Part shown: piece after piece, positions 53,996-64,000 of the stretch
Position numbering within the stretch: the stretch's first letter is position 1
How the letters are laid out: each line of letters begins with the position of its first letter
From: Eledone cirrhosa
Taxonomy: Eukaryota
Direction: 5' to 3'
NCBI GenBank assembly: GCA_964016885.1
Contig: OZ024740.1
Span: 293,880,001 to 293,944,000, forward strand
DNA length: 64,000 bases
The notes under the pieces: generated by a model
What the model saw: the letters and a program-made list of their open reading frames with translations, nothing else
What the model was told of the DNA's origin: nothing
Database searches by the model: none
Made by a program: the position numbers and the translations under genes

Positions 53996-55440
53996 GTAAG
54001 AGACTTAATGGAATTTTGGCTGATTCTAAAAATGCGGTTTTAACTAATCCTTGTAGTAACCCTAGTCTTGATAGTGGGATATTAGATAATGGTAGAGTCG
54101 GTAAGGATAAAAATAGAAGGAGACTAAATACTTATTTTAACCCGCCATATAATCAGGAAGTATTAACTAATATTCCTAGGTCTTTCTTTTCTATCTTAGA
54201 GAAAAATTTCCCCCCTTCTCATAAATACCATAGTATTTTTAATAAAAATGTTATTAAACTTTCATTCTCTACCACCCATAATATTAGTTCTCATTTAGCT
54301 AGCACTAACAATAGGAAAATTAGGGATGGATTCTCCTCTCTACATACTACTAGTCTGAACAGATCTGGAAATGCCTTACCACCAGAACAGACCTTATCTA
54401 ATAGCAATCCTACGTGTAATGCATCACTACTTCAGCCAACCAATAGCACCCGGAAGTGTAACTGTAGAGTGAGTGCTAACTGCCCTTTAAACGGTAACTG
54501 CCTCTCTAAGAACATCGTCTATGCTTGCGTAGTTATAACTAATTCCTCTAATAGAACTTATATAGGCTCTACATCTAACACTTTTAAGACTAGGTTTAAT
54601 TATCATATCTCTAATTTCAAACATGTTAAGTTTAAGAATTCTACTTCTTTAGCACACTATATCTGGGATCTTAAGGGGGCTAATATACCATATAGCCTTA
54701 ATTGGCGTTTAGTAGCACGCTCTAATAACCTTTCTACACATACTAAATTTTGTAATCTCTGTATCCTCGAGACACACTCTATAATTTTCTCTAGCGAATC
54801 CTTACTTAATAGAAAGTCTGAGATATTCTCTTCTTGCCCCCACGCTATTTCTAATTCTTACTTTTATTATAAACCTAAAGGTTCTAGTAGTTTAAATTGT
54901 ATCCATTAGCTGATATATTCCATTACTTATTTTTCAGTTTAGGTTCTTTTTGTTTACCACCATTATTATCATCATTATTATCATTGGTTTTTGACAACTC
55001 TTTATTCTAGCTCTCATAATCTTTTGGCTACTATACCATATCTATTTTCTTACGCATTAAATTTTCACTATTAACACCTTATGAGTATATATCTGATTAT
55101 ATATTTTACATTATTTTATTTTATTTCATTTTATTTTATTTTATTTTATTTTATTTTATTTGGATTCTTCATTAGATAGCCCTCCCACCCAACCCCACCC
55201 CTCATGCGCACATAAACTTATTGTCAACCCCTTCAAATAGATTATGATTATATTTAATCCCCCCCTCTTTTACGCTCCTTTCAATTATTTAATATAGTAT
55301 ATTGACTATAATTTTATACTCCTTTATATCCTCCATACATTTCTTTTTTTCTGTCCCTATTAGCCTACCATAATTCTGCTTAAGTCAGTATTTTATTTTA
55401 TTTTATTTTATTTTATTTTATTTAATTTTATTTTATTTTA
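53996..55440 (+). mobile_element. PLE GIY-YIG 3' fragment, related to the copy at 27.8-29 kb
   Basis: YFNPPYN..NFPPSHKYH; CNCR..CPLNGNCL..IVY..TYIGST..FKTR; CNLC; LLNRKSEIFSSCPH. Confidence 0.88.
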
Positions 55441-58400
55441 TTTGGATGCCCCGATTTTAATGGGGGCTCCGTTTTTTATTTGGGTACCCCGTTTTTTATT
55501 TGGGTGCCCCGTTTTTTTATGGAGGGTCCTTTTTTATTTGGGTGCCCCGTTCTTTATGAGGTGGTCCATATTTTATTTGGGTGCTCCGTTATTTTATTTG
55601 GGATCCGTTTTTTATTAGGGTGTCCTGTTTTTTAATGGGGCGGACCATTTTTTATTTGGATGACCGTTTATTTATTTGGGTACCCGGTTTTTTATTTGGG
55701 TGCACCATTTTTTTATGGCGGTCGTCCGTGTTTTATTTGGATGCCCCGTTTTTTAATGGGGGCTCCGTTTTTTATTTGGGTGCACCGTTTTTTATGTGGA
55801 GTCCGTTTTTTATTTGCGTGCCCGTTTTTTTTATGGAGGGTTCGTTTTTTAATTGGGTTTTTTATGGGGAGGTCAGTTTTTTATTCGGTTGTCCCGGTTT
55901 TTTTATGGGAGGGGTCCGTTTTTTATTTGGGTGCCCCGTTTTTTATGGGGGGTCCGTTTTTTATTTGGGTGACCCGTTTTTTATGGGGGGGTCCGTTTAT
56001 AAATTGGGTGCCCCGTTTTATTATGGGGGTCTGTTTTTTATTAGGGTGTCCCGTTTTTTAATGGGGCGGTCCGTTTTTTATTTGGGTGACCCGTTTTTTA
56101 TGGGGTGGACGTTTTTTATTTGGGTGCCCCGTTTTTTTATGGGGTGGGGTCCGTTTTTTATGGGGGATCCGTTTTTTATTTGGGTGTCCCGTTTTTTATT
56201 TGGGTGCCCCGTTTTCTTATGGGTAGGTACGGTTTTTATTTGGGTGCCCGTTTTTTATTTGGGTGCCCCGTTATTTTATTTGGGTGCCCCGTTTTTTATT
56301 TGGGTGCCCCGTTTTTTTATTTGGGTGCCCCGTTTTTTTATTTGGTTGCCCCGTTTTTATTGGGGGGTCCGTTTTTTATTTGGGTGCCCCGATTTTTATT
56401 TGGGTGCCCCGTTTTTTATTTGGGTGTCCGTTTTTTATTTGTGTGCCCCGTTCTTCACTTGGGTGTCCCGTTTTTTAATGGGGGTTCCGTTTTTTATTTG
56501 GGTGCCCCGTTATTTTATTTGGGTGCCCCGTTTTTTATTTGGGTGCCCCGTTTGTTATTTAGGTGCCCCGTTTTTTTATGGAGGGTCCTTTTTTATTTGG
56601 GTGCCCCGTTCTTTATGAGGGGGTCCGTTTTATATTTGTGTGCGCCGTTATTTTATGGGGGGTCCGTTTTTTATTAGGGTGTCCCGTTTTGAATGGGGCG
56701 GACCATTTTTTATTTGCGTGACCCGTTTATTTATTTGGGTACCCGGTTTTTTATTTGGGTGCACCGTTTTTATATGGCGGTGGTCCGTGTTTTATTTGGA
56801 TGCCCCGTTTTTTAATGGGGGTCCGTTTTTATTTGGGTGCACCGTTTTTTTATGGGGAGTCTGTTTTTTTTTGGTTACCCCGTTTTTTGTGTGGGGGGTC
56901 CGTTTTTTATGGGAAGTCCGTTTTTTATTTGCGTGCCACGTTTTTTATTTGGGTGCCCCGTTGTTTTATAGGGAGGTCCTTTTTTTATTTGGGTGCCCCG
57001 TTTTTTATGGGGAGGTCCGTTTTTTATTTGAGTGCCCAGTTTTTTATGGGGTGCCCGTTTTTTTAGTTGGGTTCCCGTTTTTTAATGGGGAGGTTCTTTT
57101 TTTATTTGGGTGTCCCGTATTTTATGGGGGGTCCGTTTTTTATTTGGGTGCCCCGTTTTTTATGGGGGAGGTCCGTTTTTTATTAGGGTGTCCCGTTTTT
57201 TAATGGGGCGGTTCGTTTTTATTTGGGTGATCCGTTTTTTTATGGGTGGTCCGTTTTTTATTTGGGTGCCCCGTTTTTTATTTGGGTGCCCCGGTTTTTT
57301 ATGGGGCGGTCCGTTTTTTATTTGGGTTTCCCGTTTTTTTAAGGGGGGTCCGTTTTTTATTAGGGTGTCCCGTTTTTTAATGGGAGTTCCGTTTTTTATT
57401 TCGGTGCACCCGTTTTTTATTTGGGTGCCCCGTTTTTTTTATTTGAGTACCCCATTTTTTATGGGGGCCGTTTTCTTTATTTGGAGTTTTTATTTGATTG
57501 CCCCGTTTTCTTTATTTGGGTTTTTTATTTGATTGCCCCGTTTATTTATATGGGTTCCCCGTTTTTTGTTTGGGTGTCCCATTTTTTATTGGGGGGGTCC
57601 GTTTTTTATTTGGGTGCCCCGTTATTTAATTGGGGAGGTCCGTTTTTTGTTTGGGTCCCCGTTTTTTATTGGTGGGGATCCGTTTTTCATTTGGGTGCCA
57701 GGTTTTTTTTATTTGGGTGCCCGTTTTTTATTTGGGTGCCCCGTTTTTTATTTGGGTGCCCCGTTTTTTTATGGAGGGTCCTTTTTTATTTGGGTGCCCC
57801 GTTCTTTATGAGGTGGTCCATATTTTATTTGGGTGCTCCGTTATTTTATTTGGGTGTCCTGTTTTTTAATGGGGCGGACCATTTTTTATTTGGATGACCG
57901 TTTATTTATTTGGGTACCCGGTTTTTTATTTGGGTGCACCATTTTTTTATGGCGGTCGTCCGTGTTTTATTTGGATGCCCCATTTTTTAATGGGGGCTCC
58001 GTTTTTTATTTGGGTGCACCGTTTTTTTATGGGGAGTCCGTTTTTTATTTGCGTGCCCGTTTTTTTTATGGAGGGTTCGTTTTTTAATTGGGTTTTTTAT
58101 GGGGAGGTCAGTTTTTTATTCGGTTGTCCCGGTTTTTTTATGGGAGGGGTCCGTTTTTTATTTGGGTGCCCCGTTTTTTATGGGGGGTCCGTTTTTTATT
58201 TGGGTGACCCGTTTTTTATGGGGGGGTTCCGTTTATAAATTGGGTGCCCCGTTTTATTATGGGGGTCTGTTTTTTATTAGGGTGTCCCGTTTTTTAATGG
58301 GGCGGTCCGTTTTTTATTTGGGTGACCCGTTTTTTATGGGGTGGACGTTTTTTATTTGGGTGCCCCGTTTTTTTATGGGGTGGGGTCTGTTTTTTATGGG

Positions 58401-61400
58401 GGATCCGTTTTTTATTTGGGTGTCCCGTTTTTTATTTGGGTGCCCCGTTTTCTTATGGGTAGGTACGGTTTTTATTTGGGTGCCCGTTTTTTATTTGGGT
58501 GCCCCGTTATTTTATTTGGGTGCCCCGTTTTTTATTTGGGTGCCCCGTTTTATATTTGGTTGCCCCGTTTTTTTATTTGGGTGCCCCGTTTTTTTATTTG
58601 GTTGCCCCGTTTTTATTGGGGGGTCCGTTTTTTATTTGGGTGCCCCGATTTTTATTTGGGTGCCCCGTTTTTTATTTGGGTGTCCGTTTTTTATTTGTGT
58701 GCCCCGTCTTCACTTGGGTGTCCCGTTTTTTAATGGGGGTTCCGTTTTTTATTTGGGTGCCCCGTTATTTTATTTGGGTGCCCCGTTTTTTATTTGGGTG
58801 CCCCGTTTGTTATTTAGGTGCCCCGTTTTTTATGGAGGGTCCTTTTTTATTTGGGTGCCCCGTTCTTTATGAGGGGGTCCGTTTTATATTTGTGTGCGCC
58901 GTTATTTTATGGGGGGTCCGTTTTTTATTAGGATGTCCCGTTTTGAATGGGGCGGACCATTTTTTATTTGCGTGACCCGTTTATTTATTTGGGTACCCGG
59001 TTTTTCATTTGGGTGCACCGTTTTTATATGGCGGTGGTCCGTGTTTTATTTGGATGCCCCGTTTTTATTTGGGTGCACCGTTTTTTTATGGGGGGTCTGT
59101 TTTTTTTGGGTTACCCCGTTTTTTGTGTGGGGGGTCCGTTTTTTATGGGAAGTCCGTTTTTTATTTGCGTGCCCCGTTTTTTATTTGGGTGCCCCGTTGT
59201 TTTATGGGGAGGTCCTTTTTTTATTTGGGTGCCCCGTTTTTTATGGGGAGGTCCGTTTTTTATTTGAGTGCCCAGTTTTTTTATGGGGTGTCCGTTTTTT
59301 TAGTTGGGTTCCCGTTTTTTAATGGGGAGGTTCTTTTTTTATTTGGGTGTCCCGTATTTTATGGGGGGTCCGTTTTTTACTTGGGTGCCCCGTTATTTAT
59401 GGGGGGGTCCGTTTTTTATTAGGGTGTCCCGTTTTTTAATGGGGCGGTTCGTTTTTATTTGGGTGATCCGTTTTTTTATGGGTGGTCCGTTTTTTATTTG
59501 GGTGCCCCGTTTTTTATTTGGGTGCCCCGGTTTTTTATGGGGCGGTCCGTTTTTTATTTGGGTTTCCCGTTTTTTTAAGGGGGGTCCGTTTTTTATTAGG
59601 GTGTCCCGTTTTTTAATGGGGGTTCCGTTTTTTATTTCGGTGCACCCGTTTTTTATTTGGGTGCCCCGTTTTTTTATTTGAGTACCCCATTTTTTATGGG
59701 GGCCGTTTTCTTTATTTGGATTTTTTATTTGATTGCCTCGTTTTCTTTATTTGGGTTTTTTATTTGATTGCCCCGTTTTTTATTTGATTGCCCCGTTTAT
59801 TTATATGGGTTCCCCGTTTTTTGTTTGGGTGTCCCATTTTTTATTGGGGGGGTCCGTTTTTTATTTGGGTGCCCCGTTATTTAATTGGGGAGGTCCGTTT
59901 TTTGTTTGGGTCCCCGTTTTTTATTGGTGGGGATCCGTTTTTCATTTGGGTGCCCCGTTTTTTTTATTTGGGTGCCCGTTTTTTATTTGGGTGCCCCGTT
60001 TTTTATTTGGATGCCCCGTTTTTTTATGGAGGGTCCTTTTTTATTTGGGTGCCCCGTTCGTTATGAGGTGGTCCATATTTTATTTGGGTGCTCCGTTATT
60101 TTATTTGGGATCCGTTTTTTATTAGGGTGTCCTGTTTTTTAATGGGGCGGACCATTTTCTATTTGGATGACCGTTTATTTATTTGGGTACCCGGTTTTTT
60201 ATTTGGGTGCACCATTTTTTTATGGCGGTCGTCCGTGTTTTATTTGGATGCCCCATTTTTTAATGGGGGCTCCGTTTTTTATTTGGGTGCACCGTTTTTT
60301 TATGGGGAGTCCGTTTTTTACTTGCGTGCCCGTTTTTTTATGGAGGGTTCGTTTTTTAATTGGGTTTTTTATGGGGAGGTCAGTTTTTTATTCGGTTGTC
60401 CCGGGTTTTTATGGGAGGGGTCCGTTTTTTATTTGGGTGCCCCGTTTTTTATGGGGGGTCCGTTTTTTATTTGGGTGACCCGTTTTTTATGGGGGGGGTC
60501 CGTTTATAAATTGGGTGCCCCGTTTTATTATGGGGGTCTGTTTTTTATTAGGGTGTCCCGTTTTTTAATGGGGCGGTCCGTTTTTTATTTGGGTGACCCG
60601 TTCTTTATGGGGTGGACGTTTTTCATTTGGGTGCCCCGTTTTTTTATGGGGTGGGGTCTGTTTTTTATGGGGGATCCGTTTTTTATTTGGGTGTCCCGTT
60701 TTTTATTTGGGTGCCCCGTTTTCTTATGGGTAGGTACGGTTTTTATTTGGGTGCCCGTTTTTTATTTGGGTGCCCCGTTATTTTATTTGGGTGCCCCGTT
60801 TTTTATTTGGGTGCCCCGTTTTATATTTGGTTGCCCCGTTTTTTTATTTGGGTGTCCCGTTTTTTTATTTGGTTGCCCCGTTTTTATTGGGGGGTCCGTT
60901 TTTTATTTGGGTGCCCCGATTTTTATTTGGGTGCCCCGTTTTTTATTTGGGTGTCCGTTTTTTATTTGTGTGCCCCGTTCTTCACTTGGGTGTCCCGTTT
61001 TTTAATGGGGGTTCCGTTTTTTATTTGGGTGCCCCGTTATTTTATTTGGGTGCCCCGTTTTTTATTTGGGTGCCCCGTTTGTTATTTAGGTGCCCCGTTT
61101 TTTATGGAGGGTCCTTTTTTATTTTGGTGCCCCGTTCTTTATGAGGGGGTCCGTTTTATATTTGTGTGCGCCGTTATTTTATGGGGGGTCCGTTTTTTAT
61201 TAGGGTGTCCCGTTTTGAATGGGGCGGACCTTTTTTTATTTGCGTGACCCGTTTATTTATTTGGGTACCCGGTTTTTTATTTGGGTGCACTGTTTTTATA
61301 TGGCGGTGGTCCGTGTTTTATTTGGATGCCCCGTTTCTTAATGGGGGTCCGTTTTTATTTGGGTTCTCAGTTATTTATTTGGGTGCCCCGTTTTTTATTT

Positions 61401-64000
61401 GGGTGCCCCGTTTTTTTATTTGGATGCCCGTTTTTTATTGGGGGACTGTTTTCTATTTGGGTGTACCGTTTTTTATTTGGATGCACCGTTTTTTTTATGG
61501 GGGAGGTCCGTTTTTTATGTGGATGCCCGGTTTTTTAATAGGGGGTGCGTTTGTTATTTGTGTGCCCCGTTTATTTATGGGGGTCCGTTTTTTATTAGGG
61601 TGCCCCGTTTTTTTATGGGAGGACTGTTTTTTATTTGGGTGCCCCGTTTTTTTATTTGGGTGCCCGGTTTTTTTATTTGGGTGCACCATTTTTTTTGGGG
61701 GGGGTGCCCGTATTTTATTCGGGGTCCGCTTTTTATTTGAGTGCCCCGTTTTTTATTTGGGTGCCCCGTTTTATTATTTGGGTGCCCGTTTTTTATTGGG
61801 GGCCGTTTTTTATTTGGGTGCCCCGTTTTATTATGGGGGCTCCTTTTTTTATTTGGGTGCCCCGTTTTTATTATTTGAGTGCCCCGTTTTTTAATTTGGG
61901 TGCCCCGTTTTTTTATTTTGGTGGCCCGTCTTGGGGGTTGGTCCGTTTTTTATTTGGGTGCCCCGTTTTTTTTATTTGGGTGCTCCGTTTTTTTATTTGG
62001 GTGCCCGTATTTTATTGGGGGTGTCAGTTTTTTATTTGTGTGCCCTGTTCTTTATTTGGGTGCCCCGTTTGTTATTTGGGTGCCCCGATTTTTATGGGGG
62101 GCCCTTTTTTTATTTGGGTGCCCCGTTCGTTATGAGGTGGTCCATATTTTATTTGGGTGCTCCGTTATTTTATTTGGGATCCGTTTTTTATTAGGGTGTC
62201 CTGTTTTTTAATGGGGCGGACCATTTTCTATTTGGATGACCGTTTATTTATTTGGGTACCCGGTTTTTTATTTGGGTGCACCATTTTTTTATGGCGGTCG
62301 TCCGTGTTTTATTTGGATGCCCCATTTTTTAATGGGGGCTCCGTTTTTTATTTGGGTGCACCGTTTTTTTATGGGGAGTCCGTTTTTTACTTGCGTGCCC
62401 GTTTTTTTATGGAGGGTTCGTTTTTTAATTGGGTTTTTTATGGGGAGGTCAGTTTTTTATTCGGTTGTCCCGGGTTTTTATGGGAGGGGTCCGTTTTTTA
62501 TTTGGGTGCCCCGTTTTTTATGGGGGGTCCGTTTTTTATTTGGGTGACCCGTTTTTTATGGGGGGGGTCCGTTTATAAATTGGGTGCCCCGTTTTATTAT
62601 GGGGGTCTGTTTTTTATTAGGGTGTCCCGTTTTTTAATGGGGCGGTCCGTTTTTTATTTGGGTGACCCGTTCTTTATGGGGTGGACGTTTTTCATTTGGG
62701 TGCCCCGTTTTTTTATGGGGTGGGGTCTGTTTTTTATGGGGGATCCGTTTTTTATTTGGGTGTCCCGTTTTTTATTTGGGTGCCCCGTTTTCTTATGGGT
62801 AGGTACGGTTTTTATTTGGGTGCCCGTTTTTTATTTGGGTGCCCCGTTATTTTATTTGGGTGCCCCGTTTTTTATTTGGGTGCCCCGTTTTATATTTGGT
62901 TGCCCCGTTTTTTTATTTGGGTGTCCCGTTTTTTTATTTGGTTGCCCCGTTTTTATTGGGGGGTCCGTTTTTTATTTGGGTGCCCCGATTTTTATTTGGG
63001 TGCCCCGTTTTTTATTTGGGTGTCCGTTTTTTATTTGTGTGCCCCGTTCTTCACTTGGGTGTCCCGTTTTTTAATGGGGGTTCCGTTTTTTATTTGGGTG
63101 CCCCGTTATTTTATTTGGGTGCCCCGTTTTTTATTTGGGTGCCCCGTTTGTTATTTAGGTGCCCCGTTTTTTATGGAGGGTCCTTTTTTATTTGGGTGCC
63201 CCGTTCTTTATGAGGGGGTCCGTTTTATATTTGTGTGCGCCGTTATTTTATGGGGGGTCCGTTTTTTATTAGGGTGTCCCGTTTTGAATGGGGCGGACCT
63301 TTTTTTATTTGCGTGACCCGTTTATTTATTTGGGTACCCGGTTTTTTATTTGGGTGCACTGTTTTTATATGGCGGTGGTCCGTGTTTTATTTGGATGCCC
63401 CGTTTCTTAATGGGGGTCCGTTTTTATTTGGGTTCTCAGTTATTTATTTGGGTGCCCCGTTTTTTATTTGGGTGCCCCGTTTTTTTATTTGGATGCCCGT
63501 TTTTTATTGGGGGACTGTTTTCTATTTGGGTGTACCGTTTTTTATTTGGATGCACCGTTTTTTTTATGGGGGAGGTCCGTTTTTTATGTGGATGCCCGGT
63601 TTTTTAATAGGGGGTGCGTTTGTTATTTGTGTGCCCCGTTTATTTATGGGGGTCCGTTTTTTATTAGGGTGCCCCGTTTTTTTATGGGAGGACTGTTTTT
63701 TATTTGGGTGCCCCGTTTTTTTATTTGGGTGCCCGGTTTTTTTATTTGGGTGCACCATTTTTTTTGGGGGGGGTGCCCGTATTTTATTCGGGGTCCGCTT
63801 TTTATTTGAGTGCCCCGTTTTTTATTTGGGTGCCCCGTTTTATTATTTGGGTGCCCGTTTTTTATTGGGGGCCGTTTTTTATTTGGGTGCCCCGTTTTAT
63901 TATGGGGGCTCCTTTTTTTATTTGGGTGCCCCGTTTTTATTATTTGAGTGCCCCGTTTTTTAATTTGGGTGCCCCGTTTTTTTATTTTGGTGGCCCGTCT
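55441..64000. repeat. Satellite array: ~20-bp monomer TTTTTTATTTGGGTGCCCCG / TTTTTTATGGGGGTCCG with ~2.25-kb and ~2.07-kb higher-order repeats
   Basis: Marker GAGGTGGTCCATATTTT at ~55558, 57810, 60065 and 62134; identical pseudo-ORFs at 60088/62157 and 61166/63235. Confidence 0.97.

Noticed and set aside
55581-63963. Many long F/G/W/P-rich ORFs
   Set aside because: Products of a stop-poor satellite, open in several frames, with no protein features
55441-64000. CRISPR array or canonical telomere
   Set aside because: No unique spacers, no cas genes, eukaryotic context; no (TTAGGG)n run

Overview
AT-rich metazoan genomic DNA, most likely an octopod cephalopod (inferred from the SINE core and the long (TA)n/(CA)n tracts). 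No host protein-coding gene is recognisable. Bases 1-55.4 kb are a dense, nested graveyard of mobile elements: RTE, R4/Dong, CR1 and CRE-like LINEs, tRNA-derived SINEs, hAT/Tc1-mariner remnants, two Helitron-type elements and at least eight Penelope-like elements (PLEs) of three lineages. Bases 55.45-64 kb are a G/T-strand satellite with a ~20-bp monomer and 2.25/2.07-kb higher-order repeats. The most interesting observations are: (1) a Helitron-type Pif1 helicase fused to a USP/peptidase-C19 deubiquitinase domain; (2) four near-complete and several inactivated type I hammerhead ribozymes in PLE pseudo-LTRs, some in ORF-less units; (3) recurrent fold-back (inverted) ends of PLE insertions; (4) the three-level satellite hierarchy. 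Most ORFs in the supplied track are microsatellite or satellite artefacts. Coordinates were read by eye and are approximate.
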